Assembly (NCBI GenBank): GCA_040390235.1
Contig: JAZJYT010000029.1
Location: forward strand, 1,473-65,472
Direction: 5' to 3'
DNA length: 64,000 bases
Source: Pseudomonadota bacterium
GTDB lineage: Bacteria; Pseudomonadota; Gammaproteobacteria; Burkholderiales; Burkholderiaceae_C
Each line of letters opens with the position of its first letter. The first letter of the stretch is position 1. The position numbers were made by a program, and so were the translations under genes. Under the pieces are notes generated by a model that saw only the letters and a program-made list of their open reading frames with translations, ran no database searches and was not told the DNA's origin. Of the stretch, positions 27,117 to 37,156 are shown piece after piece.

Positions 27117-27845
27117 TCAGGTCCGCACGATCTCCAGCAGCCGGTCGAGGCCCCCCTCGTTGATCGCCACCATGGCCTGTTCGCGCACCTTCGGTTTGGC
27201 GTGGTAGGCCACCGACAGGCCCGCCTCGCCCATCATCGGCAGGTCGTTGGCGCCGTCGCCCACGGCGATCGTCTGCCGCGGCGAAATACCCAGCAGCGAG
27301 GCCACCTCCAGCAGGGTGCGGCGTTTTTCCGCGCCGTCGCAGATGTCGCCCCAGCTCTGCTGCACCACCCGGCCGGTGAGTACACCCCCGGCCTCGTCCA
27401 GCAGGTTGGAGCGGGCGAAGTCGATGCCCAGGCGGTCCTTCACCCGGTTGGCGAAGAAGGTGAAGCCACCCGATACCAGTAGCACCTTCAGTCCCGCGGC
27501 CTTGCAGGCCGCCACCAGCGTGCCGGCGCCGGGGTTGAGGCGCAGGCGCTGGTCGTAGACCTGCTGCAGGGCGGCCACCGGCACGCCCGCGAGCAGGGCC
27601 ACCCGGCGGCGCAGGCTTTCCTTGAAGTCGGCGATCTCGCCGCGCATGGTGGCCTCGGTGATGGCGGCCACCTCGGCCTTCTTGCCGACGGCGTCGGCGA
27701 TCTCGTCGATGCATTCGATGTTGATCAGCGTCGAGTCCATGTCGAAGGCGATCAATTTGAAGTCGGCCAGGGGCAGCGGTGGCTTGATGCCGCGCAGCAC
27801 CAGGCCGGGGGCGTGTTCGGTAGAGGGCGAAGCGTTCGTCGTCAT
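27117..27845 (-). CDS. serB: phosphoserine phosphatase (HAD family)
   Basis: From internal ATG 27845: ...LIAFDMDSTLINIECIDE (DxDST motif I) ...LVSGGFTFF... GDGANDLPMMGEAGLSVAYHAKP (motif III). Confidence 0.85.
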   Translation of the reverse strand: MTTNASPSTEHAPGLVLRGIKPPLPLADFKLIAFDMDSTLINIECIDEIADAVGKKAEVAAITEATMRGEIADFKESLRRRVALLAGVPVAALQQVYDQRLRLNPGAGTLVAACKAAGLKVLLVSGGFTFFANRVKDRLGIDFARSNLLDEAGGVLTGRVVQQSWGDICDGAEKRRTLLEVASLLGISPRQTIAVGDGANDLPMMGEAGLSVAYHAKPKVREQAMVAINEGGLDRLLEIVRT

Positions 27846-27852
27846 GGGGGAA

Positions 27853-30800
27853 TCAAGCGGGAGTTTTGGCGGAGGGGGTCGCCGGCGTGGTCGGCTGGCC
27901 CAGGCTGCGCAGGATGTCGCGCACCATCTGGGCCCGGTCTTTCGGCTCGGGCAGCTCACGCTCGATGCGTAGTTTTTCGTTGCCGGCCAGCTTGATGTGT
28001 TTGTTCTTCTGGATCAGCTCGATGATGCGCATCGAGTCGATCGGCGGGTTGGGCCGGAAGGTGATGTTGGTGACGCCCGGCGCGGCATCGACCTTCACCA
28101 CGCCGTAGGGCTTGGCCAGCACCCGCAGGCGGTGTACGTCGATAAGGGTCTGCGCCTGCGGCGGCAGCTTGCCGAAGCGGTCCACCAGTTCTTCCAGCAG
28201 GGTGTCGATCTGCTCGGTGGTCTTGGCGGTGGCCAGCTTCTTGTAGAAGGACAGGCGCAGGTGCACGTCGCCGCAGTAGTCGTTGGGCAGCAGGGCGGGG
28301 GCGTGCAGGTTGATTTCGGTGGTGGCGGCCAGCGGGGCCAGCAGGTCGGGCTCCTGGCCGGCCTTCAGGGCGCGCACGGCTTCGGACAGCATCTCGTTGT
28401 AGAGCTGGAAGCCGATTTCCATCATGTTGCCGCTCTGGTTTTCGCCCAGCACCTCGCCGGTGCCGCGGATTTCCAGGTCGTGCATGGCGAGGTAGAAACC
28501 CGAGCCGAGTTCCTCCATCTGCTGGATGGCCTCCAGCCGCTGGGCGGCCTGCTTGGTCAGGCCGTCCACGTCGGGCACCATCAGGTAGGCATAGGCCTGG
28601 TGGTGGCTGCGGCCGACCCGGCCGCGCAGCTGGTGCAGCTGGGCCAGGCCGAACTTGTCGGCGCGGCTGATGACGATGGTGTTGGCCGAGGGCACGTCGA
28701 TGCCGGTCTCGATGATGGTCGAGCACAGCAGCAGGTTGTAGCGCTGGGCCACGAAATCGCGCATGACGCGCTCCAGCTCGCGCTCGGGCATCTGGCCATG
28801 GGCCACGGCGATGCGGGCTTCGGGCAGCATCTCTTCGAGCTTCTGCCGGCGGTTCTGGATGGTCTCCACTTCGTTGTGCAGGAAGTACACCTGCCCGCCG
28901 CGCTTCAGTTCACGCAGCACCGCCTCGCGGATGACGCCGGTGCCCTCGTTGCGCACGAAGGTCTTGATGGCCAGGCGCCGCTGCGGCGCGGTGGCGATGA
29001 CCGACAGGTCGCGCAGCCCCTCCAGCGCCATGCCCAGCGTGCGCGGGATGGGGGTGGCCGTCAGCGTGAGCACATCGACCTCGGCGCGGAAGGCCTTCAT
29101 CTGCTCCTTGTGGCGCACACCGAAGCGGTGTTCCTCGTCGATGATGAGCAGGCCCAGGTTCTTGAACTTGACCGACTCGCTCAGCAGCTTGTGGGTGCCC
29201 ACCACGATGTCCACGCTGCCGTCGGCCAGGCCCTTGATGGCGGCGTTGATCTCCTTGGTGGAGCGGAAGCGGCTCATTTCGGCCACCTTCACCGGCCACT
29301 TGCCGAAGCGGTCCACCAGGGTCTGGTAGTGCTGTTCGGCCAGCAGGGTGGTGGGCGCCAGGAAGGCCACCTGCTTGCCGCCGGTCATGGCGATGAAGGC
29401 GGCGCGCAGGGCCACCTCGGTCTTGCCGAAACCCACGTCGCCGCAGACCAGCCGGTCCATCGGCTGGGGCGAGATCATGTCCTGGATCACCGCGTGGATG
29501 GCGGCGCGCTGGTCGGCGGTCTCATCGAAGCCGAAGTCGTTGGCGAAGATCTCGTAGTCGGCCGCCGCGTAGCGGAAGGCATGGCCCTCGCGTGCGGCGC
29601 GGCGGGCGTAGATGTTGAGCAGCTCGGCGGCCGAATCGCGCACCTGCTCGGCGGCCTTGCGTTTGGCCTTCTCCCACTGGCCGCTGCCCAGGCGGTGCAG
29701 GGGGGCTTCGTCGGCGCTGACGCCGGTGTAGCGGCTGATCTGGTGCAGTTGCGACACCGGCACGTAGAGCGTGGCCTTGTCTGCATATTCCAGGTGCAAA
29801 AATTCGCTGTCGCCCTGGCCCAGGTCCATGTTGATCAGCCCGCGGTAGCGGCCGATGCCGTGCTGGGCATGCACCACCGGGTCGCCGACGTTGAGCTCGG
29901 ACAGGTCTTTGATCAGCGCCTCGACGTCGCTGACTTGCTCCTGCTTGCGGCGGCGGCGCGTGGTGGGGCCGGCAGCGAAGAGTTCGGTCTCGGTGACGAA
30001 GTCGATCGCCTCGTCCATCCAGGCAAAACCGGTGACGACCGGGCCGGTGGCGATGCCGAGTTTTTCTTCGCTGCCTGCCTGGAATTCCTCCAGCGAATCG
30101 AAGGCCGGCGGCTGCACGCCGCTGGCGCGCAGGAAGTCCAGCAGGCTTTCGCGCCGGCCATCGCTTTCGGCCAGCAGCAGCACCCGGTGCTGGGTGTTGC
30201 GGATGTGGGCCTTGAGGCGGGCCAGCGGGTCTTCGGCGCCGCGCACCACCGACATCTCGCCCAACTTCTGGAAATGCGCGCTGTCGGCCACGTCTTCCGT
30301 GCCGGAGCGCAGGGCCAGCTGTGCATGTTCGTTGGCGCGGGCGTAGAACTGCTCGGACGAGAGGAACAGCGTATCCGGCGGCAGCACCGGCCGCTCGGGG
30401 TCGCCCTGCACCAGGCGGAAACGCTCGCGGGTGTCCTGCCAGAAACGCTGGAAGGCGGGTTCCAGGTCGCCGTGCAGCACCACCGTGGCGTTGCTGCCCA
30501 GGTAGTCGAAAACGGTGGCGGTGTCGTCGAAGAACAGCGGCAGGTAGTACTCGATGCCGGCGGTGGCGACACCGTTGCCCATGTCCTTGTAGATGCGGCT
30601 CTTGGTCGGGTCGCCTTCGAGCAGTTCACGCCAGCGGTTGCGGAACTTGGCGCGCGCGTCGTCGTCCATCGGGAACTCACGGCCCGGCAGCAGGCGCACT
30701 TCGGGCACCGGGTACAGGCTGCGCTGGCTGTCGGGGTCGAAGGTGCGGATGGAGTCGATCTCGTCGTCGAACAGGTCCACCCGGTAGGGCACCAGCGAAC

Positions 30801-31320
30801 CCATGGGGAACAGGTCGATCAGCCCGCCGCGCACCGCGTATTCACCCGGGCTCACCACCTGGGTGACGTGGCTGTAGCCGGCCAGGGTGAGCTGGGCGCG
30901 GAACTTCGCCTCGTCGAGCTTCTGCTTGACCTTGAAGTGGAAGGTGTAGCCGGCCAGGAAGGCCGGCGGCGCCACCCGGTAGAGCGCGGTGGTGGCCGGC
31001 ACGATGACCACGTCGGCATCGCCCTGCGAAATGCGCCACAGGGCGGCCAGGCGCTCGCTGATCAGGTCCTGGTGCGGCGAGAAGGTGTCGTAGGGCAGGG
31101 TCTCCCAGTCGGGGAACAGGGCGCAGCGCAGGCCGGGCGCGAAGAAGGCGATCTCGTCGATCAGCCGCTGGGCGTCGGTGGCGTCCGAGGTGACGATGGC
31201 GGTGCGCCGGCCGGCCGCGGTTTCGCGCAGGCCCAGGCGGCCGAGCAGCAGCGCATCGGCCGAGCCGGGCGGGCGCGGCAGCGTATAGCGTTTTCCGGGG
31301 ACGAGGCGGGGCAGTTCCAT
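27853..31320 (-). CDS. mfd: transcription-repair coupling factor
   Basis: About 1155 aa. The N-terminus is MELPRLVPGKRYTLPRP. The CarD-like region has DPVVHAQHGIGRY. Helicase motifs are DRLVCGDVGFGKTEVALRAAF, DEEHRFGV and QLHQLRGRVGRS. The track ORF starts 4 codons earlier at a TTG, so I prefer the ATG at 31320. Confidence 0.9.
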   Translation of the reverse strand: MELPRLVPGKRYTLPRPPGSADALLLGRLGLRETAAGRRTAIVTSDATDAQRLIDEIAFFAPGLRCALFPDWETLPYDTFSPHQDLISERLAALWRISQGDADVVIVPATTALYRVAPPAFLAGYTFHFKVKQKLDEAKFRAQLTLAGYSHVTQVVSPGEYAVRGGLIDLFPMGSLVPYRVDLFDDEIDSIRTFDPDSQRSLYPVPEVRLLPGREFPMDDDARAKFRNRWRELLEGDPTKSRIYKDMGNGVATAGIEYYLPLFFDDTATVFDYLGSNATVVLHGDLEPAFQRFWQDTRERFRLVQGDPERPVLPPDTLFLSSEQFYARANEHAQLALRSGTEDVADSAHFQKLGEMSVVRGAEDPLARLKAHIRNTQHRVLLLAESDGRRESLLDFLRASGVQPPAFDSLEEFQAGSEEKLGIATGPVVTGFAWMDEAIDFVTETELFAAGPTTRRRRKQEQVSDVEALIKDLSELNVGDPVVHAQHGIGRYRGLINMDLGQGDSEFLHLEYADKATLYVPVSQLHQISRYTGVSADEAPLHRLGSGQWEKAKRKAAEQVRDSAAELLNIYARRAAREGHAFRYAAADYEIFANDFGFDETADQRAAIHAVIQDMISPQPMDRLVCGDVGFGKTEVALRAAFIAMTGGKQVAFLAPTTLLAEQHYQTLVDRFGKWPVKVAEMSRFRSTKEINAAIKGLADGSVDIVVGTHKLLSESVKFKNLGLLIIDEEHRFGVRHKEQMKAFRAEVDVLTLTATPIPRTLGMALEGLRDLSVIATAPQRRLAIKTFVRNEGTGVIREAVLRELKRGGQVYFLHNEVETIQNRRQKLEEMLPEARIAVAHGQMPERELERVMRDFVAQRYNLLLCSTIIETGIDVPSANTIVISRADKFGLAQLHQLRGRVGRSHHQAYAYLMVPDVDGLTKQAAQRLEAIQQMEELGSGFYLAMHDLEIRGTGEVLGENQSGNMMEIGFQLYNEMLSEAVRALKAGQEPDLLAPLAATTEINLHAPALLPNDYCGDVHLRLSFYKKLATAKTTEQIDTLLEELVDRFGKLPPQAQTLIDVHRLRVLAKPYGVVKVDAAPGVTNITFRPNPPIDSMRIIELIQKNKHIKLAGNEKLRIERELPEPKDRAQMVRDILRSLGQPTTPATPSAKTPA

Positions 31321-31471
31321 GCAGGCGGACAAAAAATGGCAAACACCCCCCGGCGCGAAGACGGGGGGTGTGAAAGGAGAGGCCAGGGTGATTCTAGAAT
31401 GGCGGCCCGCTCTTCCACACGCGAAGGGTTACCGCAGCCGCCACCCGCGACCGCGGCCCTGCCGCGCTCCC

Positions 31472-32269
31472 ATGCCCGCTTTTCCGACCCCGCCGGCCGC
31501 CGGCGCCCCGCCTGGCTCCGCAGCTGCGCCCGCGTTCGTACCTGCGCCCGTGCCCGCACCTGCGCGTTTCTGGGCCCTGGTGCCCTGTGCCGGCACCGGT
31601 ACACGCGCCGGCGGCGAAGGCCCCAAGCAGTACCGGCGGCTGGCCGGCCGGCCCCTGGTGCAGCACACCCTGGCCGCCTTCGCCGGGGTGGCGCGGCTGG
31701 CTGGCACGCTGGTGGTGGTGGCGCCGGGCGATGGGTTCGAGGCCGGTGGCGGCCTGCCCGGCCCCTTGTTCACCCTGGCCGCCTGTGGTGGTGCCACGCG
31801 GGCCGGGAGTGTGGCCAGCGGGCTGGAGGCCCTGGAGGCGCGTGGGGCGCAGCCCCAGGACTGGGTGCTGGTGCACGACGCGGCACGCTGCCTGGTCACG
31901 CCGGCACTGATCGATACGCTGATCGATGCCTGTGTGCATGACCCGGTGGGCGGCCTGCTGGCGCAGCCGGTGGCCGATACGCTGAAGACCGCTGCCGCCG
32001 ATGGCCGCGTGGCCGACACGCTCGACCGGCGTGGCCGCTGGCTGGCGCAGACGCCGCAGATGTTCCGCCTGGGGCCGCTGGCGCAGGCCCTGCGCCATGC
32101 CGGCGCGGCGGTGACCGACGAGGCTGGCGCCATGGAGGCGCTGGGCCGGCAGCCCCTGCTGGTGCCGGGCAGCGCGCAGAATTTCAAGGTGACCTGGCCC
32201 GAGGACTTCGCTTTGGCCGAAGCGGTACTGGCCGCCAGGGCCAAGCAACAAGACCAAGGACCGGCATGA
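31472..32269 (+). CDS. ispD: 2-C-methyl-D-erythritol 4-phosphate cytidylyltransferase
   Basis: ...[35 protein letters not shown]...[12 protein letters not shown].., IspD motifs. It overlaps ispF by 4 nt. The start is chosen at ATG 31472 and is uncertain. Confidence 0.85.
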   Translation: MPAFPTPPAAGAPPGSAAAPAFVPAPVPAPARFWALVPCAGTGTRAGGEGPKQYRRLAGRPLVQHTLAAFAGVARLAGTLVVVAPGDGFEAGGGLPGPLFTLAACGGATRAGSVASGLEALEARGAQPQDWVLVHDAARCLVTPALIDTLIDACVHDPVGGLLAQPVADTLKTAAADGRVADTLDRRGRWLAQTPQMFRLGPLAQALRHAGAAVTDEAGAMEALGRQPLLVPGSAQNFKVTWPEDFALAEAVLAARAKQQDQGPA

Positions 32270-32745
32270 CGAATATCCGCATCGGCGAGGGCTGGGACGT
32301 ACACGCCCTGGTGGAGGGCCGAAAACTCATCCTGGGCGGGGTCGAAATCCCCTACGAAAAGGGCCTGCTCGGCCATTCCGATGCCGACGTGCTGCTGCAC
32401 GCCATCACCGACGCGCTGCTGGGTGCCGCGGCGCTGGGCGACATCGGCACGCATTTCCCGGACACCGACGCGCAGTTCCGCGGCGCCGATTCTGCCGTGC
32501 TGCTGGCCGAGGCGGCGCGGCGGGTGCGCGCCACCGGCCTGGAGATCGGCAACCTCGACTGCACGGTGGTGGCCCAGGCGCCCAAGCTGATGCCGCACAT
32601 GCCGGCCATCCGGGCGCGTATCGCGGCGGTGCTGGGCATCGACGGGGGCCAGGTCAACGTCAAGGCCAAGACGGCGGAAAAGCTGGGGCCGGTGGGCGAG
32701 GGCCGCAGCATGGAGGCCCGCGCCGTCGTACTGCTGTTCCGCTAG
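32266..32745 (+). CDS. ispF: 2-C-methyl-D-erythritol 2,4-cyclodiphosphate synthase
   Basis: 159 aa: [58 protein letters not shown]. Confidence 0.95.
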   Translation: MTNIRIGEGWDVHALVEGRKLILGGVEIPYEKGLLGHSDADVLLHAITDALLGAAALGDIGTHFPDTDAQFRGADSAVLLAEAARRVRATGLEIGNLDCTVVAQAPKLMPHMPAIRARIAAVLGIDGGQVNVKAKTAEKLGPVGEGRSMEARAVVLLFR

Positions 32746-32772
32746 CCGTGCGGGCGGCCGACCGCCGGGGGC

Positions 32773-34257
32773 TCAAGCCTTCTGTCGCCGGCCGATATTC
32801 GGGCGCCAGGAGCGGCCGATGTGCGCCACGTGGGGCGGCGTGCCCTCGGCCGCCGGTGCCCGGATGAGCTGGATACGCACCGATAGCCCGCCGGTGCGCG
32901 AATTGCCGACCGTGAGTTTGCCGCCCATGCGCCGCACCGTCTTGTCGACGATGGACAGGCCCAGGCCGGCGCCGGTGGCCGAGGTGCGGGCGGTGTCGCC
33001 GCGGAAAAAGGGCTTGGTGAGGTCCTTCAGGCTTTCCGGCGGCACGCCGTGGCCGTGGTCGCGCACCATCACCACCACCGCGTCGCCGTCGCGGTGGTAG
33101 GGGTAGGCCTCGATGTCGACCTCGGCCACGCCCATGCCGGGCGACTTGCCGTAGCGGCGTGCGTTCTCGACCAGGTTGGAGATGACCCGGGCCAGTTCGG
33201 TGTCGTCGGCCATCACCCGCAGGCCTTCGGGGATGTCGACGCGGATACGCAGCTCGTCCTGCTCTTCGACCGCGTACACACAGGAGGCCACCACGTCGCC
33301 CAGCGGCACCGCCTTGAGGTCGATATGGTCGGGCCGCGCGTAGTCGAGGAACTTGTCGATGATGGCGTCGAGCTGCGCCATGTCGGACACCATGTGGTCG
33401 CGCGCGTCGGTGTCGGCCACACTCATCTCGGTTTCCAGCCGCAGCCGCGCCAGGGGCGTACGCAGGTCGTGCGAGATGCCGGCCAGCATCACCACCCGGT
33501 CCTGTTCCAGCTGGGCCAGCCGGCGTGCCATGCGGTTGAAACCGACGTTGACCTCGCGGATCTCGGTGGTGAGCGCCTGTTCGTCGAGCTCGCTGGTTTC
33601 GAAGTCGCCTTCGCGCACCGCGTTGGCAGCCCGCGACAGTTGTTTGAGCGGGCGGTTGATGAGCCGCGCGATGGCCGCCGAACCGGCCAGCGACAGCACG
33701 GCCGCCGTCACCAGCCAGACCATCCAGGTGGTGCCGCTGGCGGGGCTGAAACGCGCCTGGTCGAGCAGCAGCCAGTTGCTGTCGCCGTTGATGGCGAAGC
33801 CGATCCACAGGCCCTTTTCGTTGTTGACGCTGCGCGCCACCACGGTGCCTTCGCCCAGGCGCTGGGTCAGCTCCTCGGTCATCTTGTTGCTGAAGCGGTC
33901 GTTGTCCAGCGGCTCGAAGGTATCGCCCGGCTCGCGCGGCAGGATCCGCACGCCCTCCTGGTCGGCCATGGTCTTGATGAGCGACACCCGTGCGATGGCG
34001 TCGGCATGGATCAGCGCCGCCCGGCTCAGGTTGACCAGCGAGGCGATCTGCTGCGCCGTGTGCAGTGCACGCGGCTCGTACTCCAGCGACAGCATGGTGT
34101 GCAGCCAGGCCATGATGCTGCCCACCAGCAGGATGGCCAGCAGGAAGAAGGTGCGCCAGAACAGGTTGAAGCCGACGCGGGTGCGCGGCTCCTCGGCGCC
34201 GTCGCGCTCCGCTGGCGGGTGGGCCGGGTCGGCCGCGTCCGCCGAAAAGCGCGACAT
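32773..34257 (-). CDS. envZ: EnvZ-like osmosensor histidine kinase
   Basis: From ATG 34257: two TM segments and a HAMP domain, the H-box AGISHDLRTPLARLRL, the N-box NLVENARRYG, and G-boxes DHGHGVP and GAGLGLSIV. It sits directly downstream of ompR. Confidence 0.85.
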   Translation of the reverse strand: MSRFSADAADPAHPPAERDGAEEPRTRVGFNLFWRTFFLLAILLVGSIMAWLHTMLSLEYEPRALHTAQQIASLVNLSRAALIHADAIARVSLIKTMADQEGVRILPREPGDTFEPLDNDRFSNKMTEELTQRLGEGTVVARSVNNEKGLWIGFAINGDSNWLLLDQARFSPASGTTWMVWLVTAAVLSLAGSAAIARLINRPLKQLSRAANAVREGDFETSELDEQALTTEIREVNVGFNRMARRLAQLEQDRVVMLAGISHDLRTPLARLRLETEMSVADTDARDHMVSDMAQLDAIIDKFLDYARPDHIDLKAVPLGDVVASCVYAVEEQDELRIRVDIPEGLRVMADDTELARVISNLVENARRYGKSPGMGVAEVDIEAYPYHRDGDAVVVMVRDHGHGVPPESLKDLTKPFFRGDTARTSATGAGLGLSIVDKTVRRMGGKLTVGNSRTGGLSVRIQLIRAPAAEGTPPHVAHIGRSWRPNIGRRQKA

Positions 34258-34307
34258 CTCCACGCCTTCGGCCGAAGGACGTGGGGTCTGCGCGCCTGGG
34301 CCGGGCA

Positions 34308-35039
34308 TCAGCTCGTGCCGTCCGGCACGAACACGTAGCCCACACCCCACACGGTCTGGATGTAGCGCGGTGCGGCGGCGTCCACTTCCACCAGCTTGCG
34401 CAGGCGGGAGATCTGCACGTCCAGGCTGCGGTCGAAGGGCTCGAACTCGCGCCCGCGCGCCAGCAGCGCCAGTTTTTCGCGCGACAGCGGCTGGCGCGGG
34501 TGGCGCACCAGGGCCTTGAGCATGGCGAACTCGCCGGTGGTCAGGGGCAGTTCCTCGCCATTCTTCTGCAGGGCGCGGGTGCCCAGGTCGAAGGCGAAGG
34601 GGCCGAAGTTGACGGTTTCGTTCTCGCCCGAGGGCGCGCCGGGCGCTTCCTGCGGCGGCCGGCGGCGCAGCACGGCATGGATGCGGGCCAGCAGTTCGCG
34701 CGGGTTGAAGGGTTTGCCCAGGTAGTCGTCGGAGCCGACTTCGAGGCCGACGATGCGGTCCACGTCCTCGCCCTTGGCGGTGAGCATGATGATGGGGGTG
34801 CGGTCGTTGGCGGCGCGCAGGCGGCGGCAGATCGACAGGCCATCCTCGCCGGGCATCATCAGGTCGAGCACGATGAGGTCGACCGTGTCGCGCAGCAGGA
34901 TGCGGTTGAGCGCCTTGCCGTCTTCCGCGACCATGACCTCGAAGCCTTCCTGCGTCAGGTAGCGGCGGAGCAGGTCGCGGATGCGTGCATCGTCGTCCAC
35001 CACGAGGATCTTGTCGGTACGGGCTGCGGCTTGGGTCAT
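34308..35039 (-). CDS. ompR: OmpR-family response regulator
   Basis: From ATG 35039: MTQAAARTDKILVVDDDARIRDLLRRYL...DLIVLDLMMPGEDG...LTAKGE... The C-terminal winged helix has ...IQTVWGVGYVF. Confidence 0.9.
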   Translation of the reverse strand: MTQAAARTDKILVVDDDARIRDLLRRYLTQEGFEVMVAEDGKALNRILLRDTVDLIVLDLMMPGEDGLSICRRLRAANDRTPIIMLTAKGEDVDRIVGLEVGSDDYLGKPFNPRELLARIHAVLRRRPPQEAPGAPSGENETVNFGPFAFDLGTRALQKNGEELPLTTGEFAMLKALVRHPRQPLSREKLALLARGREFEPFDRSLDVQISRLRKLVEVDAAAPRYIQTVWGVGYVFVPDGTS

Positions 35040-35218
35040 GGAGGTCCTCGTTATTTGTAACAGCCCAATTTTGTAGTGCGTTACGGTCCGATAGGCCTGT
35101 TTTTTGACCAAATGTTACAAGTATTGCGGCATTAGTCCGCAAGTTGCCAACTCTTCGTCAACATCGGGGGTCCGGCTGCCGTTGAGCAGACGGGATTATT
35201 CCAACGTACAGGATCCGT

Positions 35219-35929
35219 ATGAAGATTTTTTCGAGGCTGGCACTTTTTTCCGCCCTGGCGGCGGCTGCGGCCACCCCCGCCTTGTCCCAGACCCTGCCCG
35301 CGCCGATGAACGTGGTGCAGCTGTCGGCCGAAGGGCAGGTGGAGGTGCCGCAGGACCTGCTGAGCATCGCCCTGTCCACCACCAAGGAGGGCGGTGATGC
35401 CGCCGCGGTACAGGCGCAGCTCAAGACCGCGCTCGACGCCGCGCTGGCCGAGGCGCGCAAGGCGGCCCAGCCGGGGCAGCTGGATGTGCGCACCGGCAAC
35501 TTCAGCCTGTACCCGCGCTACAACAAGGACGGCAGAATAGGCAACTGGTCCGGCACGGTGGAACTGGTGCTCGACGGGCGTGACTTCCCGCGCATCACCG
35601 GTGTGGCCGGCCGCATCAGCACGCTGACTGTGGCCCGCGTGGGCTTCGGCCTGAGCCGCGAGCAGCGTGCGAAAGTGGAGGGCGAGGCCCAGGCGCAGGC
35701 CATAGACCGCTTCAAGGCCAAGTCGGCGGAACTGGCGAAGAGCTTCGGTTTTTCGCGCTACACGCTGCGCGAGGTGGCGGTGAACATCAGTGACGCCTCG
35801 GCCATGCCGCGCCCGCGCATGATGGCGATGGAGGCCAAGTCCTCGGTGTCCGACAGCAGCCCGGTGCCGGTGGAGGCGGGCAAGAGCACCGTCACGGTGA
35901 ACGTGTCGGGCTCCGTTCAAATGCAGTAG
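35219..35929 (+). CDS. periplasmic SIMPL-domain (DUF541) protein
   Basis: 236 aa with a signal peptide (LALFSALAAAAATPALS). The overall pattern of ...VVQLSAEGQVEVPQDLLSIAL... and the C-terminal ...GKSTVTVNVSGSVQMQ is typical of the SIMPL/YggE family. Confidence 0.7.
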   Translation: MKIFSRLALFSALAAAAATPALSQTLPAPMNVVQLSAEGQVEVPQDLLSIALSTTKEGGDAAAVQAQLKTALDAALAEARKAAQPGQLDVRTGNFSLYPRYNKDGRIGNWSGTVELVLDGRDFPRITGVAGRISTLTVARVGFGLSREQRAKVEGEAQAQAIDRFKAKSAELAKSFGFSRYTLREVAVNISDASAMPRPRMMAMEAKSSVSDSSPVPVEAGKSTVTVNVSGSVQMQ

Positions 35930-35968
35930 CGGCGCTGGTCGTGCTGCGGGGGGGCTGCCCTGTGGGCC

Positions 35969-36167
35969 GTCTTCGGGCTCCGGCCTCCCGGGCCCGCGCA
36001 GACGTGGACGGCCCTTCGGGCTTCCCTGCGCTGCTCGTGGCAGGCGGGGTCTCGCAGAACTCCCTGCGCTACGCTCCGGTCAAACAGCTGCGAGCCCTGA
36101 TCCGCCTGCCACTGCGCTGCTCGGCGTCCCCTAACAGCGCGGGCCCGGGAGGCCGGAGCCCGAAGAC
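35969..36167. repeat. ~200-nt extragenic imperfect palindrome with perfect 31-bp outer arms
   Basis: gtcttcgggctccggcctcccgggcccgcgc (35969-35999) is the exact reverse complement of 36137-36167. Inner complementary pairs are also present: gtggcaggcgg/ccgcctgccac and ctcgcag/ctgcgag. It lies between the convergent SIMPL gene and bdhA. Confidence 0.8.
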
Positions 36168-36308
36168 TGAGGCGGGGTGGCCGTAGCGTTCGCCAGTGGC
36201 GTCTTCACCAAGGCCACCGCGGAACCGGCTCCGCCGGGCCGCCAGTGGCGCCCCCCGGCAGGGGGGTTGGCGAAGACACGAAGTGCGTAGCCTGGGGGGC
36301 GAGCCTAT

Positions 36309-37091
36309 CTACTGCGCCGTCCAGCCGCCGTCTACGGCCCAGGCGACGCCCTTGACGTTGTCGCCAGCCGGGCTGCACAGGAACACGGCCAGCTCACCCA
36401 GCTGCTCCGGCGTGGTGAACTGCAGCGACGGCTGTTTTTCACCCAGCAGGCCGTGGTTGGCCTGTTCGACGGTGATGCCTTCGCGCTTGGCGCGGTCGTC
36501 GATCTGTTTCTGCACCAGCGGCGTCAGCACCCAGCCGGGGCAGATGGCGTTGACGGTGACGCCAGTGGTGGCGGTTTCCAGCGCCACCGACTTGGTGAAA
36601 CCCACGATGCCGTGCTTGGCGGTGACGTAGGCCGACTTCTGCGCCGAGGCCACCAGCCCGTGGCTGCTGGCGATGTTGATGACCCGGCCCCAGTTGGCCG
36701 CCCGCATCGCCGGGATGGCCAGGCGGGTGGTGTGGAAGGCGCTGCTGAGGTTGATGGCGATGATGGCGTCCCACTTTTCCGGCGGGAAGTCCTCCACGTT
36801 GGCCACGAACTGGATGCCGGCGTTGTTCACCAGCACGTCCACCCGGCCGGTGCCCTGGGCGGCGAAGGCCATCATGTCGGCGATCTCGGCCGGCTTGGAC
36901 ATGTCGGCGCCGTGGTGCACCACACGGATGCCGTGGGCCTTGCCGGCCTCGGCCACCAGCCGCAGCGGTTCGGCCGTGTCGCCGAAGCCGTTGAGCACCA
37001 GGTTGGCGCCCTGGCGCGCCAGCGCCTCGGCGATGCCCAGACCGATACCGCTCGTCGAGCCCGTGACCAGCGCCGTTTTTCCCTTGAGCAT
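36309..37091 (-). CDS. bdhA: 3-hydroxybutyrate dehydrogenase (SDR)
   Basis: From ATG 37091: MLKGKTALVTGSTSGIGLGIAEALARQGANLVLNGFG...NNAGIQ...YVTAKHGIVGFTK...WAVDGGWTAQ. Confidence 0.85.
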   Translation of the reverse strand: MLKGKTALVTGSTSGIGLGIAEALARQGANLVLNGFGDTAEPLRLVAEAGKAHGIRVVHHGADMSKPAEIADMMAFAAQGTGRVDVLVNNAGIQFVANVEDFPPEKWDAIIAINLSSAFHTTRLAIPAMRAANWGRVINIASSHGLVASAQKSAYVTAKHGIVGFTKSVALETATTGVTVNAICPGWVLTPLVQKQIDDRAKREGITVEQANHGLLGEKQPSLQFTTPEQLGELAVFLCSPAGDNVKGVAWAVDGGWTAQ

Positions 37092-37156
37092 GGATGTTTC
37101 TCCGGATGAATTAGGATGCACCAAGGGCATTATCGGATGCCCGCAAGACAAGGCGC

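Noticed and set aside
27997-31941. A 1314-aa ORF on the plus strand, the longest in the track.
   Set aside because: It lies entirely antisense to mfd, whose helicase motifs are unambiguous. Its translation is low-complexity Ala/Gly/Arg/His-rich with no motifs. Long stop-free antisense frames are expected at about 70% GC.
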